Shown piece by piece: positions 36,551 to 48,869 of a DNA stretch of 64,000 bases. The notes beneath the pieces were generated by a model, which saw only the letters and a list, made by a program, of their open reading frames with translations, had not been told where the DNA came from and did not search any database. How positions within the stretch are numbered: the first letter of the stretch is position 1; the number at the start of each line of letters is the position of its first letter. This DNA comes from Hemiscyllium ocellatum (lineage: Eukaryota): positions 3,410,001-3,474,000 of the forward strand of contig NW_026867487.1 in NCBI RefSeq assembly GCF_020745735.1, in the 5' to 3' direction. The translations under genes were made by a program, and so were the position numbers.

Positions 36551-38929
36551 AAGAGGAAATGCAATATTTTCTGTTCTTTCCAAAGCACCAATACTGACAG
36601 CATTGACAGCAGCTCATAGAATCACATTGTTAAAAAGAGGCATAACATGCCATTTAGGCCTTCGATATCTCTACATGCTGTTGCAAACTACTGCTCAATG
36701 GTTCCCGCTCCATTGCTACTCCTACTGAATCGGCAGTTAACACCTTCTATATATCACTACATTTATCTGGTTACATACTGAAAGCATTCCTTCCTTATCC
36801 TCTCCAGTGGTAGGTTGATCATGAATCCTAGCTTTCATTGCATTATTATTCAAGCATATTCCCTCAGTTATCTGCAATATGAAAGCCTTTAGAACATAAC
36901 ATATGGAAGCTGAATCGTGCCTTTTATTCAACCGAGACTGCTCCACTGCACGATGAGGTCATGGATTATTGGGTCAACATTTTTTCCATTTTTATCATAA
37001 CCTTTAATTCCATTACCGAATATAAATCTGTCCATCTCAGCCTTGAAAAAACTTAACAAATCGGCTTCTTTGCCAAATAATCCTACATATTCAATTCTCT
37101 CAGTGCAAAGAAATTCCTCCACATCTCTTAACGTGTGACCCATTAAACGTGTGACCCCTTCTTTTAAGATTGACGGTCCATTTTTAGACAGTCCAACACG
37201 TTGAAACAAGCTTAATGCACCACGGTGCAAAGTTTTCATAACACATTTCAGGAAGACTGACGTGAGCCTCCCAACTCAAACTAGCGACACTAGAACGATT
37301 CCACAAAAGCCACATGTGCGTATATACTGAATAATTATTCTAATTCGGATCAACACAGAATTTACGTGGTCACAATCATTTGTATACAGATGTCCAGCCC
37401 TGGAACAACATAACGTTAGCTTGAGAGTTTCATTACCAGTGTTCCACTAGGAAGGGTTCTGCACTTTAACGTCCAGCAGTGGAGATAAATGTCTGTTAAT
37501 TGTCACGAACTGATCAAGAATTAAGAACTGCTTTCCATCAATGCGGAGGACAGATGGAAATACAGCCAACAACGAGGAGAATCTGAATTATTTTCTGTTT
37601 TCATGATAAACCTCATTGCTTAATAAGATCTATGCAGTGTTTGCACACGACCCCGGTTTCACAAGCTGACCCGGAGCAAATATACTCTCTTAATAGACTG
37701 TAGAATTGCTTCAGAAAATGACCTGTGAGAAGAGGTTGCTCAGAATGATATTCTTCTGAGCAAAGAGAAATAAAGGACAGACGACGCATTAAAAGACTGG
37801 CAGTGAATTTCTGAATATTATCTTCACATGTGAGTAGAGTGCATCAAAGACTGCGCACTGCCCCGTTTGTGAGGTGATTCTGCTGACAGTTTGAATAGTG
37901 CTGTGTTCAAACCTGCCCTGCCTCTGACTGAATCCCTGATGAATTTGATCCTCCTGTTGTGCAGTAGACGGTGTTCCCAGCAGAGGTTGGCATTGTATCA
38001 CGTGCAACGCACGGTGGAAATAAAGGGAAGGAGATGAGATTTTAAAATTAATTCTTTCATCATGATCCATCGGACAATTCATCTCCCAAAACAATGGCCA
38101 CCGACGTCCGAACTGACGTTAGATTCTTCTAAGAAAACTCAAGATGAACGTTTCAAATCATTTGGAAATTATTCCAATCAGACACTGAGGCGGACAGAAT
38201 AAAACACGGCAGAACATGCACGCACACAGAAACAGACACACAAATAATTGTACACTTTGGTCCTTGACAGGCCCCGTTCCCTCTCTAGTTGTTCTCTTTC
38301 CCTCAATATACTTAAATTACGTCTTTTGATTCACCCGAACCTTCTCATCCAAGGCTCGTTTCCCTTTTTGGGATTCTGATTTTGTTCCTCAGTAAACTAT
38401 TGTATTCCCTTTATACCTGCAGGGATTCCCTTGATCCCAGCTGCCTGAACCTGAGCCATGACTCCTTTTTTTTCTGGTCAAAGCCTCAATGTCACTGGTC
38501 ATCCAAGGTACCCGATTCCTGCCAAACTTGCCCTTCACCCTCACAGAAACATATAGAACTTAAAATCTAGCTATCTCCCTTCTAAAGACCTCCCACTCGC
38601 TGGAGGTCACTTTGTCTGCAGTCAAGCTACTTCAAACAATCTCTGCAAGCACCTGCATAATTCCACCAAAATTCACATTACCTCAGGTTCATAACTTGAA
38701 CCTGTGGACCAGTGTTGTCCCATTGGGTAACTGTTTTTAAATTAATAGAACTCTGGTCACTGGTCGAACGGTGCGTCCCCACTATCACCTCTGTCACCTG
38801 TCCGACCTATTTCCCAAGAGTTCTCCAAGTTAACAGCATGTAGGCAAGAATGCTAGAATAGTTCTTAACCACCACGTGCGTCTGTGATTAGTTACCTTCG
38901 TATCAGGTAAATATAGAGGAGAGGGAAAT

Positions 38930-40665
38930 GGAATAGACAGACAGTGCAGAGATCCCCTGTTGCCGTCCGTATCGGCAATGTGTATACCGTTTTGGATCAT
39001 GTTGGGAGCCTTAGCGGCCAGACACCTCGCATTGAGCCTAGCTGTCTTGCTCAGAAGCGAAGAGGACAGAATGGGAGAGCGATTGTGATCGGAGATTCAA
39101 TGGTGAGAGGCGCAGACAGGAGATTTTGTGGTCATGAATGAGACTCCCAGATGTTATGTTCCTTTAGGGTTCCAGGGTGAGTTATGTCTCGGATCGAGTC
39201 TTCATGATATTTAACGTAGAGAGAGAGCAGCCAGAAGTCATGGTACACATCGTTACCAGTGATGTAGCTAGGAAAATGGATGATGTCCTGAAAAGTGAAT
39301 GTTAGGACTTAGGGTGGAGGCTAAAAGGCAGGTGAAGCTGAACAGTAATCTCAGAGTTGGCATTCGTGACGCTAGGAACAAACAGTATGGGCAGGTGAAC
39401 ACGCGCCTGCAGGACTGGTGCAGGAGGGAGGGCTTTATGTATGTGCATCATTGGGATGTTTTATGGCGGGGTTGGGACTTGTACAAGAAGGATGGGTTGC
39501 ACCTGAACTATACCAGCACCAATATGCAGGGCAGTATATTTGCGGGCGTTGTTCGGGAGGATTCAAATTCGTTTGCCAGAGGTTTGAGAAAGGAAGCAAC
39601 GGATCTGAGAATGGAGTAACTAGTGAACAGACAGATATAACGTGCAGCGAGCCAGTGAGAAGTGACAGAGTGATGGACAGTTGATCGGGCAAAACTTTAG
39701 AGAATGTGATGGGTTCAATTATGTCTATTTTAATGTAAGCCACATCAGGAACAAAAGTGATGAACTTAGAGCATGGATCAGTACTTGGAACTTTGATGTT
39801 GTGGCCACTACGGAGACTTGGATATCATAGTGGCAGTAATGGTTGTTTGATTTTCCATGATTAGACGTTTCAAAAGGAATATTCGGCGTTGGGGCGTGGG
39901 TGAGGTAACAGATATGGCGGAGTAGCATTCTTAAACAAAATATAGTATCAGAGTTGCAGAAAGGGAGGTCATCGAGGATTGTATATCTACTGAGTCAGAA
40001 TGGATGGAAGTCAGAAACAGGAAAGGAACAGTCACTTCATTCGGAGTTTTCTACAGTTCCCACAATCGCAACAGAGAAACAGAGAAGGTGATTGGGATAC
40101 AGAGTTTGGAAAGATGCAGAAGTAACAAGCTCGTTGTCATGGGTGACTTTAACTTCCCTAATATTGATTGGAACCTCTAAGTTCAAATAGATCGGATGGA
40201 ACAGATTTTTGTCAGGTGTGTCCAGGAAGGAGTCCTGACTCAATATGTCGATAGGCCGACTAGATGGGAGGCGTATTGGATTTGGTGCTTGGTAGTGAAC
40301 CAGGCTAGGTGCCAGATATCACAATGGGAGAGCATTTCGATGAAAGTGATCACAACTCACTGACCTTCACCACAGACATTGCAGAGGTAGGAGCAAATGG
40401 TATGGGAAAGTATTTAAATAGGGGAGGGGGAATTACAATGCTGTTGTCAGGAACTGAGGCGCCCAAAGTGTGAACAGATGTTCCCAGGAAAATGCACGAC
40501 AGAAGAGGAGGTTATTCAGGGAGCACTTGCTGTGAGTGCTGGACAGCTTTGTCGCACTTAAGTAAGGAAGGGATGATAGAGTGAAGTGACCTTGGGTGAC
40601 AAGGGATGTAGAACATCTAGTAAAGAGGAAGAAGGAAGCTAACTTAAGTTTGAGGAAGCTGGTCT
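38930..40665 (+). mobile_element. Decayed CR1 LINE 5' part (ORF1 esterase, ORF2 endonuclease)
   Basis: RAIVIGDSMVRGADRRFCG (ORF1 GDS motif); YFN..HIRNKSDELRAWISTWNFDVVATTETW and VMGDFNFPNIDW (APE). Confidence 0.85.
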
Positions 40666-40671
40666 CTTAGA

Positions 40672-40931
40672 CGAATCTTAATTCGGGCACCTACATCATG
40701 TATTGTTACCGACATCGCTCCAGACATAGCCTGCACTGGTTAGTTTGGTCCGTGAATGAAAACAACCAAGATGTTAATCCCGGGGTTTGACAACGAGTTA
40801 GTGCATCTAAAGCCTTTTCAAACAGCATCTTAACTTTGTTTATTAAGACATTGGCAATGTCAGGCAGCGCAACACATTTTTGTGCACGGGGATACTGTGA
40901 AACAGATGAGCTGTTGTCGTGTACAAAGACC
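40672..40931 (+). pseudogene. IgHV-like pseudogene, 3' two-thirds only
   Basis: YIMYCYRH....LHWLV..NEN..D.NPGV*QRVSASKAFSNSILTLFIKTLAMSGSATHFCARG; RSS TACTGTG-23-ACAAAGACC (40893-40931); 5' end replaced by CR1. Confidence 0.82.
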
Positions 40932-42523
40932 CACAACAGGAAATGTCAAATTTTCCGTGATTCTCCAGCAGCAATGGAGCTATCATTGACTGCACCTCAT
41001 AGAATCAGATCATTACAAAGAGGACAAGGAATCCGTTCTCTCCTTGAAACCTCTGACTGCAGTTTCAAAATGGTGCTCAACCAATCACTGTATAGTTCAA
41101 CCTCCACAATGTGAGCAACTTTAATCCCTGTATACCTCTAGATTTTGTTGTTACATTCCGCAAATACAGCTTTATTTTCCACTTTATGAATAACTTTGTT
41201 GTTTAATCCACATTTTAGTAAGGCACTGCACAAAAATTCATATTCATGAGCCTATCATATTATTCAACTATAATCACATGGTTTTGAGAATTTACGACAT
41301 AAAAGAAGTACGGTGTTCAGTTTGGCAATCTAAAAGCGTTCAACCTCTCAAAGAGACTAGGGATGATCTGATAATCCCTCACTTAATTTTCATACTTTCC
41401 CCGTCATCTTTGATTGTAGACAGAGCAAAAATCAATCATGAATGTATTTATCAACATAGACTGTGTGGTAAACCATTGTACAGATTCATTTCCAACTGAG
41501 AGAAGAAATTTGTCCTCATCGTTGTCTTCAGAGTGTGATTTCTTATGCTGAGATCACAACTTCTGCTCTCAGAATTTACCAAACACCCATTCTCTATCTA
41601 CCACTTCAAGTTTTCATGACACGTCTCTGCAACATATGCAACGTGAACACGCAATCTCCTGAATCAAAGTGAGGCACTATGGTGGAATGCCAGAAGAACA
41701 TTAATCTCAGCTAGTTTGCACGCTGAAGAATTACTCCTCTGATGAAAAACATAAAGAATGTTTAATCATGGTCATTGTTCTCCAGTCATATGTTCATGGT
41801 TTTCTGTTGAGAACAGTTTCACACTTTGGAATGGCAATGAATGCCCTGGTGTGAATAAATAAAGCATGATTTTACATCATTTGAAGACAAGACCATGTAC
41901 AGACGCCATTGGAGAGAATCTAAATTTGTGTCGGTTTACCAATCAGCTTCATTACGTTGTGAGATCTGTTCAGCCTGCACAAAAGAACACACTCCTGATC
42001 CACAAACTCACTCTGAACATTTACACGGTCTTAAAAAAAACATGGTCTGCGAGACTGGGAATTTGACTTGAGAGGTGGCGAAAGGACTGCTCAGAATGAC
42101 AGAGCCAAGAGAAACAAAGAATAAAAGCACATTAACACATGACAAGTGAATTTATGAACGTCAGCAGCATGTCGGTTCTGAGAGCAGCAAAGATTGCACA
42201 CTGTTTTTGTGTGTGATTTGAAGCTGACAACAGGTTGAATGTTGTTGTGTGCTGCTGGCACTCCTCCGATCGAATCCCTGATGAAGTTGATTGTCCTCCT
42301 GTTCAATAGTGGAAGTCCTCCAGCAGAGGGTGAAATTGTATCACGTTAATGACAAAGAAGAGAAACAGCGAAACAGATTGTTAGACTTGTGCAATTTATT
42401 AATTTCTATCTCCCAGTGCAGTTGACAGCTTCTTCTGAGCTTTAGTAAGCATGTTTCATATGAACCTTCCAAATCTTTTGAACATGTTTCCAATCAGGCA
42501 CTGAGACAGATGCAACAACGCAC

Positions 42524-42525
<2 letters not shown>

Positions 42526-42607
<82 letters not shown>
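42526..42607. repeat. (GT)41 microsatellite
   Basis: Perfect dinucleotide run. Confidence 0.97.
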
Positions 42608-42612
<5 letters not shown>

Positions 42613-42751
42613 CAACGTACATAAAACCATTAGAAGATAAATGCCCAATTAAAAAGTCATAAAAACACATAAGCACGTGCACATAAACACTTACACACTA
42701 GAACGTACAGGATATCATGCACGCACACACACAAACACGCACACACACACA

Positions 42752-42791
<40 letters not shown>

Positions 42792-45700
42792 TACAAAAAC
42801 ATACAAGCACACAGACTAAAAATCTCAAAAGCACAGGTACACAGAAACACATGCACACACATGCACACACGAAACAATCACAAATAAACAATTACAAAGT
42901 CACAGATAGGGTGCTAGTACCGAAGGCAACTACCTACTATGGATTTTTCCGATGCATGGTTGGTCTTTGTCTGTGAGGCCTCTGGTTTCACTGCAACGGA
43001 GAGATACGTTTGGAGGAGAAGAAGCAAAGTCCAGTTATATGTGCTCAGAAGAATACAGAGAGAATGATAATATTGAGCCTGTGTGCAGTGCAATAGCAAC
43101 AGATTGGGACAATAAAATGGAAACTGTTAAAAGTCCTATCAGCAATACCGACCGATTTTACAGTCATCGTTCACAATATTTCAGTTTACGGATTCACATC
43201 ACTCACATCCTGTTGTGGATCTGTTCGCCGAGCTGGGAATTTGTGTTGCAGACGTTTCGTCGCCTGTCTCGGTGATATCCTCAGTGCTTGGGAGCCTCCT
43301 GCGAAGCGCTTCTGTGATGTTTCCTCCGGCATTTATAGTGATCTATCACCATAAATGCCGGAGTAAACATCACAGAAGCACTTCACAGGATTCTCCCAAG
43401 CACTGAGGATGTCACCCAGACAGGAGACGAAACGTCTACAACAGAAATTCCCAGCTCGGCGAACAGAACCACAACAAAGAGCACCCGAGCTACAAATCTT
43501 CTCCCAAACTTTGAACTCATATCCTATCAGAGAAACACCCTTAGGGGAAGATAGAAGAAGGCGAGATTGAATCCAGTGAATGATGTTGAAAGCAAGCAAC
43601 AGACTGAAATTGATACAAAACTCGAGTATAAGATGTAGGAAAGAAGAAAAATAGGTCAATGGTTCCATCGAGACCAATACATCATTCAATCGGATCATGA
43701 CTGTTCTGATCACCCTCATATCCAGTTTCCTCTGTGCAGTCCTTGATCCCTTCCGGATGAAAGATCTTTCTATTTTGCCTTCAATATGTTCAATGATTCA
43801 ACCTCGACAGGCATCTGTAACAACGAATCCATGTGGTTTACGACCGTCTGATAGGAGAAATTCTTCCTTATCACTGAACAACTGAATGATAATTGCTCTG
43901 AATTATGTACCCTCTTGTTCTATACATTCCAATACGAGGAAACAATTTCTCCATATTTCCTTGTCAGTTCACCTATGAATGTTAATTGTTTCAATAAGAT
44001 CTCTCACCCACTTTCTTGCTCTCTTACCTAGTGTGTAGCTTCAATTATTTATTTCCCCAAATTTACGAGTTGTAATTTTCTCGGTTATTTCCATCCCTGG
44101 TCTGGTTACACAAGCTGACATCACGCCAGTTTAATGAAATCTGTGTAAGCTTAACAGGTATCCATAGGGAAGTGAAGTTGACACAGCCTGAGGCAGAGGC
44201 GGGTATCCCCAGGTAGACTGTGATATTGACCTGAAAAACATGTGGGTTTTCTGAGCTACATGATGTATCCGTAATGACAATGTCCTGGGAAGGGAGTGTA
44301 ATGGCTAGTTTGGCACTATACTGAACTGTCCCGTGGTAGATTAAGGATGGGTGACAAATAGTAGTCTAGACATCGAACCACACGTCTCGTGAATGAAACA
44401 ATATAAAGTATATCATCCTTCAATCGTAGTTGCTGGATAACACCCTCCTTCAGATGAAACTGCTTTGGGAATCCTGATATCCAAAGGACTAAAATGCTTC
44501 AAAAAGGAAATGCACCAAAATCTTCTTCAAAATCATTAGGAATGGGCAATAGCAATCCCTGGCGTAGCCATTGATGCCCACATCACATTAACAAATTAAA
44601 CTGGAAATCTGCTTAAGGCGTATAGCCAATGGGTCATTATCTAATTAGTCACTACTCGAGTCTTAGGCTGGACACTATATTTTTCTACACTTAAATGTTA
44701 TGGAAGAGAATTACACCTTCAATTATTATTTATAATTGAAAGAGATGCAGAGCGATGGGAAGATCCCAGAACTGACCGTCTCCTCATGTCCCCCATCTGT
44801 GGTGGGCATGAGACCACAACGAATGACAGAACTACTATAGCGCATTGGAAGACATTTGTACCGTTGAAACTCCAACAATTATATTACCTAATATTAAAGT
44901 TCTGTCTTTTATTCCCTGTTGGCATTCTTATCGAAATAATCATCCAATACACTCTTGATTGTCCCAATTGAACTTTCCTCCAACAGATTTTCAATCACTG
45001 TGTTGCAGACCAAAAAAAAGATTCATTCTACCCAAAACTTTCCATTCTGGATCTGATGATTCCTTCTGATCTGAGGGGTGATATCACATGGACCACAACC
45101 TCAAGCTGTTAACTCTCCTTCAGAAGAATTTCTGCAGCTGGTCTTTGACATTACTGACCTTAACACCAACGAGGCAACATAACCCATTGGGCTCAAGTGG
45201 ACATTCTCACGGCTACATAATACTACCTTATTCTCTTCATTCTCTCCTCCTTTACAGTGGAGACATGTATTGTGCGGCAAGCATGGCCCTGGTGTACTTC
45301 TCTGATAAATAATCACCCTGAACAGTATTAAAACAGGAAGCCAATTATTTAACTGGATATCACACGAGAATCTTCCACTATTTGAAAAGCTTATGTGGAT
45401 TAACTGGCGGTTACGCATTCCCCTTTCAACCTCCATCTTGTGACTCTCTGTTGTGATACTACATGGTCAAAGGGAGGTTGATGGCACCCACTGCTCTAAA
45501 GGTCCAAGCACTGAATCAATGTGGAAAATCACTGTTGGCGTCGGGACTCGAGACAGTTCATGAGCCATGAATCAGCATCCTGGTCTGCAGGACATTCTGT
45601 AATCAGTGAGTCAGATAGAAACCAGCAGAAACAGAGGACGGAAGATTAGACTGAGCCCACTGAAGTCCACTGAAGTCTACTGAGAAGAGACTGCAGAGGA

Positions 45701-46202
45701 CCACAGCTAGTTTTCAGAGTGGGTATAGGGGGAACAGCAATAGATGATCAGAATGAAAGTGAAACTTCAAGGAGTGATATTGATTTTTCTGACCGACAAG
45801 GTTGAGACAGAGTTCACTGATGCGATTTGAGGCCTGTAATTTGAGTTTGGATAATTTATGGTGCTACATGCATTTTTGGATGCGTTAACATTCACAGGGA
45901 ACACACACAGTAGTAATAAAAGTGCACCCATTAAGTGGGTAACTGCAAGCATTGCTGCAAATTTGCGGAGCCGGGCAGGGAAAGAAAAGGTCTTGACATA
46001 ATGTGGGAGTTTGTTCATCATTGCTCGAACTCGATGTGTCAAAATTCTCGTGGATCTGTTTTAAGGAGAGTGAGTGTACCTCACCTTGGGGTATGTGAAT
46101 CTACTGAATATCTGATGACGCCTTCCGATCTTACAGCATCACTGCTGACAGAGGGCAATGTGTTGATAACATCTGGAGACACGACAACAGGGGAGGGATG
46201 GG

Positions 46203-46240
46203 GGCGGGGGGATTTTGAATGGGTGTCTTCAAATATTTAA
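46203..46240 (+). promoter_or_regulatory. TRA/DV family proximal promoter: GGCGGGG box ~64 bp upstream of ATG plus gtgtcttcaaatat motif
   Basis: Equivalent boxes at 20202, 24147 and, on the minus strand, 52803-52810, all 63-66 bp from the ATG. Confidence 0.55.
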
Positions 46241-46268
46241 CTGTCCAATTCCACAGAGGACACTGACA

Positions 46269-46721
46269 ATGCTGATACTCAGCATCTGTTTTATTTGGGG
46301 AGCATTTCTAATAGGTAAGTATGGATGAAATGAATTTCACATTTCTTTATCAATTGACAACTTAAACTGACGCCAACGTTACCGTTTGCATTTAATATCT
46401 GTTTTCATTTTCAGACCTGAGTCATGGAGATTCTGTCACTCAGTCACTAACGTCTGATGTTCGGACAGAAGGAGACTTGATGACTCTACACTGTTCCTAC
46501 GATACTGCATTGAACTATTACTGGCTATATTGGTACAGACAGCACCCAGATACGCAGCCCGAATTTATAATGCTGAAGTATTCTGGAGGTAGCGAGAGTA
46601 AAGCACAATTTGCCTTACATCGTTTCTCGATGGAACTCGAGAAGGACAACAAACTCACTAGTTTAACTGTCTCAGGACTGCAGCTGACCGACGGTGCCAT
46701 GTATTATTGCGCTTTCAAACT
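46269..46721 (+). CDS. TRA/DV gene segment, apparently functional; leader 46269-46314, V exon 46415-46721
   Basis: Leader MLILSICFIWGAFLI|G, GTAAGT donor; DLSHGDSVTQSLTSDVRTEGDLMTLHCSYDTALNYYWLYWYRQHPDTQPEFIMLKYSGGSESKAQFALHRFSMELEKDNKLTSLTVSGLQLTDGAMYYCAFK. Confidence 0.92.
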
Positions 46722-46760
46722 CACAGCGGTAGAATCTTTTCCAAACATCGTACAAAAACC
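46722..46760 (+). other. 23-RSS (CACAGCG-23-ACAAAAACC)
   Basis: Heptamer 46722-46728, perfect nonamer 46752-46760. Confidence 0.93.
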
Positions 46761-46923
46761 TTTGGTGGAAGCCACTGCCTGTTCCCCTTTGTGCAGAATC
46801 GCAAGCAGATATAACCGCAAAGAGAAACACAATATCAGGTGTTCAGCCAGATAGCAAGCAAGGAAACCAATTAATCTCTGTTCAAACTGTCACATATTGT
46901 TTCCATAAGCATCTCAGCAAATA

Positions 46924-47270
46924 GGAGACACGGTGGCTCACTGGTTAGCATTGTTGCCTCACAGCTCCAGGGACCAAGATTTGATTCTATTCTTGGGCGA
47001 TTTTCTGCGTGTACTTTGAAAGTTCTCCCCGTGTCTGTTTGAGCTTGGTCCACTTTATTTCCATTGTCCAAAGATGCGCAGCTTAGGTGATTGGCCATGT
47101 CAATTCTCCCATCGTATACAGAGATCTGCAGGCTCGGTGGATCAGCGATTGGAAATGAAGGTTTGCAAAGGGTAGGTGGCGTGAGTCTGGGTAGACTGCT
47201 CTTGAGAGAGTCGGTGTGGACTCAATGGGACAAATGGTCTGCTATCACATAATTGGCATTCTGTTTGTTC
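46924..47270 (+). mobile_element. tRNA-derived SINE with CR1-like tail (HE1-type), older copy
   Basis: cacggtggctcactggttagca..cctcacagctccagggacc head; similar to the minus-strand copy at 59422-59737. Confidence 0.75.
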
Positions 47271-48869
47271 TACAAAGTATAGACTTCTTTCCCTTCGCGA
47301 TAGAGGAAGGCATTCCTTTCGCCCTTCGTACTACCCACTAAACTTGAATTCTAACTTTTCCTGATGCATGAATTAGAACACTTGCTGTTTTCTCATTATA
47401 CTGCCGAAGATATAGTGGCTGATTTTTCACAGAAATACAAATATATTATATTTCTTTGCTTGTTATCTCCTCAAGGAATCTCACTAAAGATGACATCTAT
47501 CCTTCATGGAGCCACGCTGAACCTTATACGAAAAAAAGGAAAAGTCACCACAAACATTGAGGACTGCTTTCTTGTCAGAGAAGGGGATTATTGGTTGTGG
47601 TTTAAACTAAGGGTCACCACGCTTCATAGAATTAGTGAATGTGAGATTTTCATTGCAGCCTCGTGCAGGTGTTCCATCAGCTGCATGTCAAACCATCTCT
47701 CTAGTCAACAGAGCTAACCAAACGCAATGCAGCATGCATTTATAAAAACACTATTAATTATCATTTGTAAAATATAGCATTTTCCCAAACATAGGTATGA
47801 AGCTATCTGACTTTTTTTTTTGCTTTATTGTCTACTTGCCTTTTGTTTGGAATAAAGGAATTGAAACTGAGTGCAGAGAATTAGCAGTAGAAGAAGAAAG
47901 AAATTGTTGAAAATGATAAAAGTGAGACATAGAATTATGATGACATGTTGTTGGGTAATGTTGAGAATGAATGCATTGATTGATGAAGAGAAAGAGTCAC
48001 TCACGGCAAAACAATAAGTTTTAAAGTTATTTAGGGCCTAGAAATATTGTATTGTCTTCTGATAGGTTGCCACGAGGAAAAGTGCATGTATTGTTTGAAA
48101 ACTTTAATACATACACAATGACCCTTTCAAAGCGGTTTGGGTTATGTTTCACTTTTTTATTACACAGTGTTCAATGAATTTTTTCACTACATGATGTGAT
48201 TTTTTGAAATAAAAACGTCCTCCGTTTTCAACAGTGCCACAGTTGTCTTTTCTAAGAGTGAAACTAAAGTCTGTACACCGATGCTGCAATATATTGCTGC
48301 CCTCATGATGTTTGAATCCCTGATGAGATTAATCTCCATCATTCCCAGATGAGTTTGAAAGAGTGTGACCAGAAAGACAATGCAAACGCTGGGAATTGTG
48401 CTAAGAGCTGTAGTTTAAGAACATAAATCGTAATCTTATGCATTACCTGTGGTGAGGAAACAACGGACTTTTAAGGGCCTCTTCATTTCTTCATCAGGCA
48501 TAAGGAAAGTTTCAAAAAGCTCTCTTCGTGCTGAAGCTCCGAAATCTATTAAACTAATAAAGAAAACTGGTTAAATTTGATTCTTGCAGCAAGGCAGACC
48601 ATACAGTATAAAGGCAAGGCCAAACTTCTCCCATGGTGCAACTGCCAAATGACTGAAAAAGTTGGGAGTTGAGCTCAGTATGGGAGTTTAGGCAAATTAG
48701 AGAGGGATACACTTCACGGTCTGCATCCAGCCAATTTTCCGTGGACTACTTTATGATCGTGGTGACAATGCTTAGACTGAAGAAATGGCTTAGGTGAACA
48801 AAAAATTTTGTTGAGGAGGGCAAGCAGCCCACAGTCTGCCATTCGCTAAATCGACAGAAATTACAGTTC

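Noticed and set aside
48134-48169. GGTTTGGGT...CACAGTG as a D/J-type RSS between the converging V blocks
   Set aside because: 20-bp spacing and no second RSS or J (FGxG) motif nearby.
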